Below, piece by piece: positions 53,753-63,807 of a DNA stretch of 64,000 bases. A model generated the notes under the pieces. That model was not told the origin of the DNA and ran no database searches. It saw only the letters and a program-made list of their open reading frames with translations. The first letter of the stretch is position 1, and each line of letters starts with the position of its first letter. Both the position numbers and the translations under genes were made by a program. The stretch comes from Myxococcota bacterium (GTDB lineage: Bacteria; Myxococcota; JACRCW01). The stretch lies in NCBI GenBank assembly GCA_040752415.1, contig JBFMGU010000017.1, positions 1 through 64,000 of the forward strand. The letters are read 5' to 3'.

Positions 53753-54760
53753 TCACAGCTCCCCGGTCATCACCCGGCGCAGCGTGGCCGCGTCGATGTT
53801 GGCACCGGAGAGCACCACGCCCACGCGCTTGCCCGCCAGGTCGCGGCGCAGCTTGATGACGCCGGCCAGCCCGGTGGCACCGGCCCCTTCCGCCAGGTTG
53901 TGCGTCTTGTGCAACAGCAGGCGCACCGCGTCGGCAATCTCGCGCTCGCTCACCGTGACGAAGTTCCGCAGGCCGTGCAGGAGCGCGTCAAAGGTCATGG
54001 TGTACGTGGCGCGCGTGGCAATTCCGTCGGCGAACGTGTCCGCGCGGTCCTTCTGCAGCGGCTTGCGCGCGTGCCAGGAGTCATGCGTGGCGGCGGCGGC
54101 CTCGGATTGCGCGCCGTAGACGGCCAGGGACGGAGCCAGCTCCCGCGCCACCAGGATCCCACCCACCGCCTGCGAGCCGCCCCCGACGGCAAACACCATG
54201 GCATCCAGCCGCGGCTGCTGCTCGATCATCTCCAGCGCCAGGGTGGCCGCGCCGGCGAGGACGTGGCGGTTGTTGGTGGAATGCACCACGCACAATCCCT
54301 CCTGCTCCACCAGGCGCTGCGCCGTGCCAATGGCCTCGTCGTAGTCGCGACCCTCCTCGACAACGCGGGCCCCCTGCGCGCGCATTCCCTCGTTCTTCTC
54401 CGGGTTGTTGCCGCGCGGCACCACCAGCGTCACCGGGATGGACAACATGCGCCCCGCGTAGGCCAGCCCCAGCCCGTGGTTGCCGCGCGTGGCCGCCACC
54501 ACGCCGCGCCGCTTCTCGTCGGGAGTGAGCGCGGTGAGGGCGCTGAGCGCGTTGCGGACCTTGAAGGACTCCGTGGGATGGTGGTTCTCCAGCTTGAGGA
54601 AGAGCTGGATGTCCGGGCCCACCGCGGCGTCGAGCGGGCCGTATTGGCGCAGCGGCGTGGGTTGCAGGTAGGGCGCCAGGCGGTCGCGCGCCTCCAGCAC
54701 GTCCCGCATGGTGATGGGCAGCGCTCCGTCGTCAGATGTGCCGGCTGAGCTCGCGGTCAA
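53753..54760 (-). CDS. PLP-dependent threonine/serine dehydratase (start uncertain, possibly 54709)
   Basis: 'KLENHHPTESFKVRNA', 'ATRGNHG', 'AVGGGS', 'AEGAGA', 'LSGANID'. Confidence 0.9.
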   Translation of the reverse strand: MTASSAGTSDDGALPITMRDVLEARDRLAPYLQPTPLRQYGPLDAAVGPDIQLFLKLENHHPTESFKVRNALSALTALTPDEKRRGVVAATRGNHGLGLAYAGRMLSIPVTLVVPRGNNPEKNEGMRAQGARVVEEGRDYDEAIGTAQRLVEQEGLCVVHSTNNRHVLAGAATLALEMIEQQPRLDAMVFAVGGGSQAVGGILVARELAPSLAVYGAQSEAAAATHDSWHARKPLQKDRADTFADGIATRATYTMTFDALLHGLRNFVTVSEREIADAVRLLLHKTHNLAEGAGATGLAGVIKLRRDLAGKRVGVVLSGANIDAATLRRVMTGEL

Positions 54761-56207
54761 ACAACACCTCCTCGGTTTCCGCGTCCACGTACTTGATGCG
54801 TACCACGTCGCGCAGCGGGTCCAGCGTGAGCAGCGTCATGCACAGCCGGCCCTTCCCGTAGACGAACTGCGCCTCCGGGAAGATGTTCTCCTTGTTCTCG
54901 AAGCTCTGCTCCGCCAGCCCCGCCAGCGGATTGCCCAGGTTGCCGCCCGGACCCACCGCCACGTCCCACATGGTGCGTCGGAAGCCCTCGCGCTCCAGCC
55001 GGCCAATGAAGCCCAGGTGGAAATCACCGCTCAGGAACCACACGTTCTGCACGCCGTTCTGCTCGATGAACTGCAGGATCTCCTCGCGCGCGTGCGTGTA
55101 GCCCTGCCAGCGGTCGCCCGGCAGTGCCCACCACGGCTCCGGCATCTGGCACATGGGCACGCTGTTGAGGACCACCTTGAAGTGGCACGGGCTGTCCTTC
55201 AGCGTCTGCTTGAACCACTCCATCTGCTCGCGACTGAGATAGGTCTGCTCGGTCTCCAGCGTCGAGGGTTTCCGCTCCGTGCGACAGTCCAGCAGGATCA
55301 GCTCCGCGGTATGTCCCCAGCGGTAGCTCGTCCACACGCGGCCGTCCTCCCCGCGCTCATTGGGCAGCGACTCGAAGTACGCGTCCTTGGCTGCCGCCAT
55401 GCGCGAGGCGGAGAGCGTCTCCGGGTTGAGGTTGTTGTCGAACTCGTGGTCGTCCCACGTGATGTACATGCCGGTGGTGGGCAGCAGCGCGCGGTAGCCG
55501 GGGTCCGCCAACGTGGTGCGCCAGTGCTCGCGGTATTCCTCGATCGTCGCCGACCCATCCGCGTAGACCATGTCACCGAGGTGGATGAGCGCGTCCAGCT
55601 CCTCGCGCGCGGTCAGCTGCAGTGCCTTGAAGGGCGCGTATTGCTGGTTGGTGCACGTGGTGGCGGCCACCGTGATGGGCCACTTCCAGTCGTCGGGGTA
55701 GGCGGTCTTGACCTGGCCAATCTCCGAGCGCGCGGTGAAGGCGCCGTTCCCCCCGACGAAGAACGCGTAGAAGTAGCGCGTGTCCGGCGCCAGCCCGTCC
55801 ACCCTGGTCTTGAGGTATCCGCCGTCATTGGGCGTCAGCGTCTCCTCGTGCGCCAGCATCACCTCACCCGCGGCGCGGCCGGCGCGCCACACGCGCAGCG
55901 TCTTGGGCGTGTTGTCCGAGGTGTGGCTCCACAGCACCAGCGAGGTGTCGCGCATGGCGCCGGCGGAGACGCCCAGGGAGAAGGTGGTCTCGTCCGCGGG
56001 CACCGACTCCGGCGAGAACGTCACCGCGGTGGCGTTGTCATGTTCGTCGGGATTGAGGGTGGGGCGCGTGGGCGGCGGGGTGGGCTCGTCGTGGGGGCCG
56101 CCCCCGGTGGGCGCGCATCCCGACAGGGAGAACGGAAGGCTGCCCGCCGTGGCCGCCACCGCACCGAGCTTGAGGAAATCCCGTCGCGGTAGGCGTTTGT
56201 CTTTCAT
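54732..56207 (-). CDS. phoD: Alkaline phosphatase D family protein, Tat-exported lipoprotein
   Basis: 'RRDFLK' Tat motif plus 'LSGC'; 'HLGDMVYAD', 'WDDHEFDNN', 'LDCRTER', 'LSGDFH'. Confidence 0.88.
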   Translation of the reverse strand: MKDKRLPRRDFLKLGAVAATAGSLPFSLSGCAPTGGGPHDEPTPPPTRPTLNPDEHDNATAVTFSPESVPADETTFSLGVSAGAMRDTSLVLWSHTSDNTPKTLRVWRAGRAAGEVMLAHEETLTPNDGGYLKTRVDGLAPDTRYFYAFFVGGNGAFTARSEIGQVKTAYPDDWKWPITVAATTCTNQQYAPFKALQLTAREELDALIHLGDMVYADGSATIEEYREHWRTTLADPGYRALLPTTGMYITWDDHEFDNNLNPETLSASRMAAAKDAYFESLPNERGEDGRVWTSYRWGHTAELILLDCRTERKPSTLETEQTYLSREQMEWFKQTLKDSPCHFKVVLNSVPMCQMPEPWWALPGDRWQGYTHAREEILQFIEQNGVQNVWFLSGDFHLGFIGRLEREGFRRTMWDVAVGPGGNLGNPLAGLAEQSFENKENIFPEAQFVYGKGRLCMTLLTLDPLRDVVRIKYVDAETEEVLFDRELSRHI

Positions 56208-56305
56208 GCGGCCGATGTGTAGCACGTGAGGGATTCGCTCGGGGGGCGCTTGACATCGGTCAGGGCGCGCACTCGGATGCGCGGACCTTCAACTCGGGAG
56301 CAAAC

Positions 56306-56791
56306 TTGAACATCTCCGACAACAGCGTGGTCAGCTTTGAGTACACCCTGCGCAGCGACGCGGGAGAGGTCCTGGACTCCAGCGAGGACGGCGGACCCAT
56401 GACCTACCTGCACGGCCACGACCAGATTGTCCCGGGCTTGGAACAGGCCATGGAGGGCCGCAAGAAGGGCGACAAGTTCGAGGTCAAGGTTGCGGCCAAG
56501 GACGGCTACGGTGAGCGTGATGAGGACGCCATCTTCGACGTCCCGCGCGACCGCCTCCCCGAGGGCATGCCGGTGGAGGTGGGGATGGAGCTGGCCAGCC
56601 AGACGCCGTCGGGTGAGCCGTTGTTCCTGCGCGTGGTGAAGGTGGGGGCGGACAAGGTGACCATGGACGCCAACCACCCGCTCGCCGGGGAGAACCTCAA
56701 CTTCGCCATCGAGGTGACCGAGGTTCGCGCCGCCACGGCGGAGGAAGTCCGTCATGGCCACGTGCACGGCGAGGGTGGGCACGAGCACTGA
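56306..56791 (+). CDS. slyD: FKBP-type peptidyl-prolyl isomerase SlyD
   Basis: 'YLHGHDQIVPGLE', 'DANHPLAGENLNF', 'RAATAEEVRHGHVHGEGGHEH'. Confidence 0.93.
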   Translation: MNISDNSVVSFEYTLRSDAGEVLDSSEDGGPMTYLHGHDQIVPGLEQAMEGRKKGDKFEVKVAAKDGYGERDEDAIFDVPRDRLPEGMPVEVGMELASQTPSGEPLFLRVVKVGADKVTMDANHPLAGENLNFAIEVTEVRAATAEEVRHGHVHGEGGHEH

Positions 56792-56818
56792 GCCATCCCG
56801 TTTTCGTCCTCGTGTTTG

Positions 56819-56856
56819 GGGGATTTCCCCATTGGGATTGGGATGGGGAAAGCCCC
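56819..56856. terminator. Hairpin between convergent genes
   Basis: ggggatttccccat ... atggggaaagcccc (14-bp stem, 1 mismatch). Confidence 0.5.
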
Positions 56857-56873
56857 ATGACGACGTGGACCGG

Positions 56874-57536
56874 CTACTTGCCGTACGTCACCGCCGCCGT
56901 CTCGTAATCCACCTTCGCGTTCCTGTAGCGCGGCTTCTCCAGCATCTTGCGCATGCGGATGAACGTCTTGTGCGGTCCCACGGTCACCTGCTGGTTGGCC
57001 AGGAACGCCGGCACCGAGCCGCCCGCGTCGGAGTGCATCTCCAGGAGCACGTCCGTCTCCTCCGCCGACACCGGCGTGGCCAGCCAATGGCCCTCCATCT
57101 TGGGAACGCGCACGCGGTCGTCGCGGACGGGGATGAAGTCCGGCACGCCCTTCAATGCGAACTTCACCGCGCGCGTGGTGGGGTCCTGGGTGATGAGCGT
57201 GTGCTGGATGCTGTCGCGGTCCATCACCGGGAACGGAGAGTCATTGACGAAGTAGCAGTACAGCTCCTTGTTGCTGAGCTTCTTGATGATCTTGTTCTCC
57301 GCGCAGCTCGCGTACCACTCGGGGAAGGCGTCCACGTCGGCAATCAGCGCCACCACCGCGTCCAGCGGCGCTTTCACGCGCATGGTGGCCTTGAAGGCCT
57401 TGAGGCTGTAGCCGGGGTCGTTGCGCGTGAACACCTGGATGCCCTCGCCCTCACGGTCCAGGGCCCAGTCCGAGGCCGCCGCCGCCGTCGTGGAGAGGCC
57501 CAACACCACCAACGCCGTGATCATTCGTGACGTCAT
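56874..57536 (-). CDS. Exported START-domain (lipid-binding) protein
   Basis: Signal peptide; 'WALDREGEGIQVF', 'PFPVMDRD', 'DAGGSVPAFLAN'. Confidence 0.85.
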   Translation of the reverse strand: MTSRMITALVVLGLSTTAAAASDWALDREGEGIQVFTRNDPGYSLKAFKATMRVKAPLDAVVALIADVDAFPEWYASCAENKIIKKLSNKELYCYFVNDSPFPVMDRDSIQHTLITQDPTTRAVKFALKGVPDFIPVRDDRVRVPKMEGHWLATPVSAEETDVLLEMHSDAGGSVPAFLANQQVTVGPHKTFIRMRKMLEKPRYRNAKVDYETAAVTYGK

Positions 57537-57609
57537 GTGCTCCATCCCTGCGCATTCAAACCGCGCCGTGGCGACGTTGCCCCACCGTCCCCCGCACCGC
57601 AACCCGCCG

Positions 57610-58557
57610 TCAGGCCGGCTTGGCGCGACGCTTGACCGCCACGTACGCAATGCCCTGCCCGTTGAGGTCAAGGTCCAGCTTGATGAGCTCCGCGGTGGCG
57701 GCATCCAGGGACAAGCCCCGCTGCTCCAGGATGCGCTGGAAGCGCGCGCGCAGCTCGGCCTCGCAGAAGGACGCCAGTTTGTCGTCGGGGAGGTCGCTCT
57801 GGATGGCGCGCTGCAGGAGCGCGTCGGCAAAGTCCAGGTGGTCCAGGAGCTGCGCTTCCGCCTCTCGCAGCGCGGTCACCTCGCCGTAGTGCGTGAGGTA
57901 CGCGCGGGCGGCCCCGCTGCCGGCAATCCGGCGCACGGCCTTGCGTGCCTCGTCGGGGTCGAAGTCGGTGGGACTCGTCGAGGGGAAGATGAACAGGCCC
58001 CTGTCCTGCATCACCGGGTAGGCCAGGCCGAACGCGTCACCGGTGAACACGCCGTTGGAGGCGGAGTCATGGATGCAGAAGTGGTGGTTGGCGTGACCGC
58101 GCGTGTGGAAGAAGTGCAGCGTGCGACTGCCCCAGCTGAGCTTCTCCTCGTCCTGCATGATGCGCACGCGCGCGGCGTCCACCGGCAGGATCTCGCCGTA
58201 GAGCTGGCGGAAGGGCTCGTCGCCGTAGACCTTGCGGGCGCTGGCCACCAGGCGGGAGGGGTCGATGACGTGCGGTGCCGCGCGAGGGTGCGCCAGCAGC
58301 GTGGCGTTGGGACAGGCGCGCATCAGCGCGGAGGCGCCGCCCGCGTGGTCCAGGTGCACGTGCGTGATGACGACGTAACGCACCTGCTCCGGCTTCATCC
58401 CGCGCGCCTGCAATGCGTCCAGCAGGCGCGGCACCGCGTGGGTGGTGTTGGTCTCCACGAAGGCGGCTTCGTCCCCCTCGGTGAGCAGGTAGGCCGCGGC
58501 GAAGCGGGGCTGCAGGTAGTGGCAGTCAATGGTCTGGGGCAGCGGAGAGTTGCTCAT
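57610..58557 (-). CDS. MBL-fold metallo-hydrolase
   Basis: 'THVHLDHAGG', 'TRGHANHH', 'FTGDAFG', 'LTHYG'. Confidence 0.92.
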   Translation of the reverse strand: MSNSPLPQTIDCHYLQPRFAAAYLLTEGDEAAFVETNTTHAVPRLLDALQARGMKPEQVRYVVITHVHLDHAGGASALMRACPNATLLAHPRAAPHVIDPSRLVASARKVYGDEPFRQLYGEILPVDAARVRIMQDEEKLSWGSRTLHFFHTRGHANHHFCIHDSASNGVFTGDAFGLAYPVMQDRGLFIFPSTSPTDFDPDEARKAVRRIAGSGAARAYLTHYGEVTALREAEAQLLDHLDFADALLQRAIQSDLPDDKLASFCEAELRARFQRILEQRGLSLDAATAELIKLDLDLNGQGIAYVAVKRRAKPA

Positions 58558-58638
58558 GGCGCGAGGTGTGGCACGGCGGCGGGGCCGGCACCAAGCGGGG
58601 TTTGACGGCGCAAGGACGCGGCGACAAGGTCCACGGCC

Positions 58639-59631
58639 ATGCACAAGAGCGCACTCATGGCGGCAGCGTTGGCCCTGGCGGCATGCACCGGGACGCCGGG
58701 CGGGGAGGGCACCTCCAGCTCGGGCGGGCCGTCCGTCGACGGTGGCGGCAGCAGCAGCAGCGGCGGCGGTGGCGCGGTGGGAACGTCGTTGCTGCCGCGC
58801 CTGGTGGGGTTGTGGAGCGGGCCGGCCACGCAGACGCCGCTGGGCGACTTCCAGATGATGAACGTGGACTTCCGCGCCGCCGACGAGCACACGCTCTTTG
58901 GCCGGGTGGACCTGGACGCGGACAACAACCTGCGCTTCGCGTTCAACGTCGAGACGCACGGCGGGAAGGACGTGCTGACCTACCGCAACGGCGGCTACTT
59001 CCTGGGCATCCTGCGCGACACCCGCACCGAGCTGGTGGAGCACGACGAGGCCAGCGGCACCTGGCGCTTCTGCGCGGTGAGCGGTGGCTGCGACTACCTG
59101 GACGCGCTCTATGACTTTGACGGGCCGGACCACCTCGTGTTCGACGTGAAGGTGCGCCTGCGCAACAGCACCAGCAAGACGCAGCACGTGCTGTGGGACG
59201 CCCAGCGCGTGGAGACGCGGGAGCTCGCGGAGCCCTTCCCCGTCGACCTCACCTCGCAGGGCACCGGCAACGCCCCCTTCCCGCCCATGCCCACCCTCGC
59301 CGTCACGGTGGGCTGGGGCAGCGCGTTGACGTCGGAGGCGCAGGTCTGGGTGCTCCTGTCCACGCAGGACTGCAGCCTGGGCGGCGCGTGCAACATCAGC
59401 CGCAGCCTCCGCGCCGTGGCGCCGGCGGGAGCCACCTCCGCCACGTTGACGTTCGAGCAGATCCACGCCGGCAGCTACAAGGTCAACGCCACGCTGGACC
59501 GGAACAACAACATGCAGACCACGCTCTTCCCGGACTCCGGCGACGGCGTGGGTGCACCCAACCGCGCCATCACGGTCAACGCGCAGGGCGCCTCCACCGC
59601 GTCCACCTCCATCCTCTACACGCTGCCCTGA
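58639..59631 (+). CDS. Hypothetical lipoprotein
   Basis: Lipobox 'LAAC', Gly/Ser linker, beta-rich body, 'LDRNNN' loop. Confidence 0.75.
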   Translation: MHKSALMAAALALAACTGTPGGEGTSSSGGPSVDGGGSSSSGGGGAVGTSLLPRLVGLWSGPATQTPLGDFQMMNVDFRAADEHTLFGRVDLDADNNLRFAFNVETHGGKDVLTYRNGGYFLGILRDTRTELVEHDEASGTWRFCAVSGGCDYLDALYDFDGPDHLVFDVKVRLRNSTSKTQHVLWDAQRVETRELAEPFPVDLTSQGTGNAPFPPMPTLAVTVGWGSALTSEAQVWVLLSTQDCSLGGACNISRSLRAVAPAGATSATLTFEQIHAGSYKVNATLDRNNNMQTTLFPDSGDGVGAPNRAITVNAQGASTASTSILYTLP

Positions 59632-59739
59632 AGCACAACGCAGCCGTTGCCGGGCGGGTGGCGTCCCGCGCAGCTCATGCGTTGGGCCGCGCGCGGGGCG
59701 CGGTGCGTCCGTGGCACGCGCGTTGCGGCTCCCGGTCGC

Positions 59740-60897
59740 ATGCGTCCCTTCCCCTGGCGGCGTCTGGCCGCGGTCCTGGTGGTGTCCGTTCTCTCGTCGT
59801 CCGCGGCGGTGCTGGGCGCGGATGCGCTCCCGGCGTGGCGGGTGAAGATGGAGCGCCTGGCCGCCGCGCTGGGGCAGCTGCTCCCGGACCTGGCCAGTGA
59901 GAGGCAGTTCCAGGATCCACGCAACCGGCAGCGCATCCTGGGCAACGTGCGCACCATCGTCTCGCTGGCGCACCAGATGAAGCAGCAGCCGGACAAGCCG
60001 CAGGCGGATCCCACGCTGGGCTTCATCATGGACGGCCTGGAGGACGAGGCGCGGGAGGCGGAGTGGGCGCTGCGCAACGGCAATCTGGACTACGCGCGCG
60101 CGGTGATGTTCAACGTCGCCAACGCGTGCATTGTGTGCCACTCGCGCAACTCGGAGGGCGTGTTCTTCCGCTTCCCGGTCGCTGTCCCCGGCGAGGAGAA
60201 GCTGTCGCGCTTTGAGCGCGCCACGCTCCACGCGGCCATGCGTCGGTTCGACCAGGCCCTCACGGAATACCAGGACATCCTGCGCGACCCGCGCGCACCC
60301 CTGGACGAGGGACTGGAATGGGACCGCGCCGTCAACGCGGCAGTGGCGCTGGCGGTGCGGTCGCTGCGCAGCCCGGAGGCGGCCGCGTCGGTGACGGAGG
60401 TGGTGATGCACGCGGAGGCCGCACCGCCGTTCCTGCGCACGGAGGCCGCGAGCTGGCGGGAGGCCATCCAGGCGTGGAAGCGGGAGGCGCCTTCCGGTGA
60501 CGGGACCGAAGCGGCCCGCCACGCGCGCGGCAAGGCGCTGCTGGAGAGGGCCCAGCGTGGTCAGAGCGCGGCGGTGCGCCCCAACTACGTGGAGCTGCTG
60601 CGCGCCACCACCGAGCTGCATGACCAGCTCAACGCCTTCCCCAACGGTCCCCTCGCCGCCGACGCGCTGCTGTTGCTCGGCATGGCCTATTCGCACCTGG
60701 AGCAGCTGGAGCAGTGGACGCTGCATCCCATGTATTTCCAGGCGTGCATCCGCAAGCGCCCGCACTCGTCGGTGGCGCTGGATTGCTACGCGCGTTACGC
60801 GGCGTCCATGCACACCGAGTACACCGGCTCGGGGAATCCCAACCTGCCGGGTGACGTCGTGGAGCGGCTGAAGGCGTTGGCGGCGCTGGCACGTTAG
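59740..60897 (+). CDS. Exported monoheme c-type cytochrome with helical (TPR-like) C-terminal region
   Basis: Signal peptide; CxxCH 'ACIVCHSR' after a helical bundle. Confidence 0.7.
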   Translation: MRPFPWRRLAAVLVVSVLSSSAAVLGADALPAWRVKMERLAAALGQLLPDLASERQFQDPRNRQRILGNVRTIVSLAHQMKQQPDKPQADPTLGFIMDGLEDEAREAEWALRNGNLDYARAVMFNVANACIVCHSRNSEGVFFRFPVAVPGEEKLSRFERATLHAAMRRFDQALTEYQDILRDPRAPLDEGLEWDRAVNAAVALAVRSLRSPEAAASVTEVVMHAEAAPPFLRTEAASWREAIQAWKREAPSGDGTEAARHARGKALLERAQRGQSAAVRPNYVELLRATTELHDQLNAFPNGPLAADALLLLGMAYSHLEQLEQWTLHPMYFQACIRKRPHSSVALDCYARYAASMHTEYTGSGNPNLPGDVVERLKALAALAR

Positions 60898-60917
60898 TCC
60901 AGGGCTGTGTCAGTACC

Positions 60918-61177
60918 AGATGCCAAGCGGGATTGCTGACGTCGTGAGCGGGCCACGACCTGGAGTGCGGCGGCCCTCGCCGCCCTGGTCAGCGCCGAGC
61001 GCGTCGTCAACGGCTGACTGCGGAGCCCGGGACTCCTCGACGACGGGAAAGCGCACGGCGCGCCTGGTGGAACGCTGACAGGTGCGGGACCCGCTCGGCG
61101 CTGGCCAGGGCGGCGAGGGCCCGCCGCACTCCAGGTCGTGGCCCGCTCACGACGTCAGCAGTCCCGCTTGAGCATCT
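60918..61177. repeat. ~260-bp REP-doublet/MITE-like element with ~80-bp terminal inverted repeats
   Basis: agatgccaagcgggattgctgacgtcgtgagcgggccacgacctggagtgcggcggccctcgccgccctggtcagcgccgagcg is near-perfectly inverted at 61093-61177. Lies between convergent genes. Confidence 0.9.
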
Positions 61178-61200
61178 TCTCCTGGCGCTTGGGGGTGGGG

Positions 61201-62292
61201 TCACACCAGGGCACGCTGGCGCAGCGCGTCCATCACCGTGCCCAGGATGGCCTTCCCAATGGCGATGAGCGGGATGATCACAAGCATCCCCAGGATCCCC
61301 GCCAGGTTCCCACCAATGCTGATGCCGACGATGATGGTCAGCGGGTGCAGGTTCAGGTTCTTCCCCACGACGAGCGGGTTGATGAACATGGCATCCACCA
61401 CGTACACCGCGCCGTAGGCCGCCAGCAGCACGCCCGCGCTGGGCGCGTTGGGGTCCAGCAGCGAGAAGAGCAGTCCCGCCCCCGTGCCAATCACCGGTCC
61501 CGCCAGCGGAATGACGTTGGCCGCGCCGTAGATGCACGCAAAGAGCAGCGCGTTGGGCATGCCCACGGCAAACAGCGCCACGGTCAGCAGCAGTGCCACC
61601 AGCCCGCTCTCGCTGGCCGCGCCGCGCAGGTAGGCGGCAATCTGGCGGTCCACGCGGTGCAAGAGCACCAGCACCGTCTCGAAGTAGCGGTTCGGCACCA
61701 GCGACACCACCGCCTTCTGCATGCTGGACCCGTCCAGCAGGATGAACAGCCCGATGATCGGGGCGAGCAGGAACGTGCCGGCGTTGGACAGCGCGGCCAG
61801 GGCCAGCTTGGGAAGTCCTTCCATGAGGCCCTTGCGCTGCGTCTCCAGCACGTCGCGCAGCTCGCGGAAGATCGTGCGCCAGTCCACCTGGTGATAGACG
61901 CCGCTGAGCGCGCCCTCCCACTCGTCCAGGCGCTTGGCCAGCTGGATCTCGAAGACGCTCTTCTCACCTACCTTGGGCGTTTCCTTCAGCCAGGTGTCCA
62001 GCGAGGGCCACAACGCCGCGCCCACCCCCACCAGCAGCCCCAGCCCCACGCCAAAGCAGATGAGCACCGCGGCCCAGCGCGGCAGCCCGCGGTCCTCCAT
62101 GAGGTCCACCAGCGGGCCCAGCACGTAGGACATCAGGAACGCCAGCACCACCGGCGTCACCAGGAAGCGCAGCAGCCACAACAGCGCGCACACCAGCGCC
62201 AGCGCGCACAACGCCACCACGGTGCGCACCACCTTCTGCCCCAGGGTGAGCTCCTGCTCGGGCGGGATGAGCCGCGCGCTCTCGACGCTCAT
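61201..62292 (-). CDS. AI-2E family (PerM) transporter
   Basis: 'LAFLMSYVLGPLVD', 'NVIPLAGP', 'PLVVGKNLNLHPL', 'GILGMLVIIP'. Confidence 0.9.
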   Translation of the reverse strand: MSVESARLIPPEQELTLGQKVVRTVVALCALALVCALLWLLRFLVTPVVLAFLMSYVLGPLVDLMEDRGLPRWAAVLICFGVGLGLLVGVGAALWPSLDTWLKETPKVGEKSVFEIQLAKRLDEWEGALSGVYHQVDWRTIFRELRDVLETQRKGLMEGLPKLALAALSNAGTFLLAPIIGLFILLDGSSMQKAVVSLVPNRYFETVLVLLHRVDRQIAAYLRGAASESGLVALLLTVALFAVGMPNALLFACIYGAANVIPLAGPVIGTGAGLLFSLLDPNAPSAGVLLAAYGAVYVVDAMFINPLVVGKNLNLHPLTIIVGISIGGNLAGILGMLVIIPLIAIGKAILGTVMDALRQRALV

Positions 62293-62813
62293 TTCTTCTC
62301 CGCGCCACCGGTGCGCTGCGCGCGCATGGACTCGGTCATGGCCCGCACCCGTCCCGCCATCAGCGTGGCCAGGTTCCACAACACCTTGGAGCCCAGGCGG
62401 CTGTCGCGCTCGATCAGCGTCTGCAGGTCGGGCTGGAAGATGCCCAGCAGCTCGGTGCGCTGTCGCACCACGCAGGTGGCGGAGCGCGGCGCGGATTCCA
62501 GCAGGGCCATCTCGCCGAAGAACTGCTTGTCGGTGAGGGAGGCAATCACCTTCTCCGTGCCGTCGGCCAGCTTGATGACAATGTCCACCACGCCGCGCTT
62601 GATGATGTACATGCCCGCGCCCGGCTCCCCCTCGCGGAACACCACCTCTCCGGGCTGGTAGGTCCGCTCGTGGAGCAGGCGGAGGATCTTCTTGAGCTCC
62701 CCGTCCTTGAGCTCATGGAACAGCGGCACGGCGCGCAGCGCGGCCAGGCCTTCCGGCTCGGCGGAGCGGGTGCTCGCCGGTGGGTTCCACAGTGCGGCTT
62801 CGGTATCGCTCAT
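62289..62813 (-). CDS. Stand-alone cyclic nucleotide-binding domain protein
   Basis: 'VPLFHEL', 'FREGEPGAGMYII', 'FFGEMALLESAPRSAT'; no HTH. Confidence 0.9.
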   Translation of the reverse strand: MSDTEAALWNPPASTRSAEPEGLAALRAVPLFHELKDGELKKILRLLHERTYQPGEVVFREGEPGAGMYIIKRGVVDIVIKLADGTEKVIASLTDKQFFGEMALLESAPRSATCVVRQRTELLGIFQPDLQTLIERDSRLGSKVLWNLATLMAGRVRAMTESMRAQRTGGAEKK

Positions 62814-63000
62814 GGGTGCACCCCGGGCGCGCCAAGACGGTGCGGCTTCCGTCGCCAGCGCGCAAGCGCACTCTAGGAGCAACGCCGGCCCGGATGCCAA
62901 TCAACGGGTGGGACGCGGGCGGGGCAGACGCAGCGGGGAAGCGCGTCTAGCGTTGCGTTGTTGGCTGCAGGGCGGGACGTGCGCAGCAACAGGAGCAAGC

Positions 63001-63765
63001 GTGAGCGAGAAAAACGCGGCAACGCATCAGGAACTGGCGCGCGAGGCGCGTGCGCTGCTGTGGGAAGAGCGCTGGGGGGCACTTTCCACGCTTTCCCAGG
63101 CCTACCCCGGTTACCCCTTTGGCAGCGTGGCGCCGTATGCGCTGAGCGCGCGCGGGGAGCCGTTGATCCTCATCAGCACCCTGGCGGTGCACACGCGCAA
63201 CCTGCAGGCGGACCCGCGTTGCAGCCTGATGGTCCTGGAGCGCGCGTTCTCCGCGGACCCGCAGGCCTGCGGTCGCCTCACGCTGCTGGGCCGCTGCGAG
63301 CGCACCCAGGGCGAGGAGAACACCGACGGACGGGCCCGCTACCTGGCGCGCCACCCGCAAGCCGCCGGGCATCTCAAGATGCATGACTTCCACCTGCACG
63401 TGCTGCGCGTCGAGCATGTGCGGTTCATTGCGGGATTTGGCCGGATGGGGTGGCTGAACGCGGCGGACCTGTTGTGGGACCCGGCGCAGGACCCGGTGCG
63501 CGCTGCCGCTGACGACGTGTGCGCGCACATGAACCAGGATCACCGGCCGGCGCTCAAGGATCTGTTCCGCGGGTTGCGGGGGATGGAGGTGGACGCGCCG
63601 GTGATGACGGGCGTGGATGCCTTTGGACTGGAAGTGCGCACCAGCGCCGAGGGAGAGGCGCACCGCTTCCACTTCAGCCACCCCGTCACCGACGTGGAGA
63701 AGGTGCGCCAGGCGGTCATCGAGCTGATTCGCCAGGCGCGCGAGGGGGACAGCACGGTGCGGTGA
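63001..63765 (+). CDS. HugZ/CREG-like pyridoxamine-5'-phosphate-oxidase-family protein with DUF2470
   Basis: 'GYPFGS', 'STLAVHTRNL.ADPRCSL', 'RFIAGFG', 'HMNQDH'; AGGAG RBS before GTG. Confidence 0.88.
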   Translation: MSEKNAATHQELAREARALLWEERWGALSTLSQAYPGYPFGSVAPYALSARGEPLILISTLAVHTRNLQADPRCSLMVLERAFSADPQACGRLTLLGRCERTQGEENTDGRARYLARHPQAAGHLKMHDFHLHVLRVEHVRFIAGFGRMGWLNAADLLWDPAQDPVRAAADDVCAHMNQDHRPALKDLFRGLRGMEVDAPVMTGVDAFGLEVRTSAEGEAHRFHFSHPVTDVEKVRQAVIELIRQAREGDSTVR

Positions 63766-63807
63766 TGGGGATGTCGGCGTCGTCGCGGCGTGCTGTAAGC
63801 CGACCGG

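Noticed and set aside
57610..60813. 1067-aa ORF as a single fusion protein
   Set aside because: Only the last ~315 aa (from 58557) are an MBL hydrolase; the rest is antisense to two real plus-strand genes.
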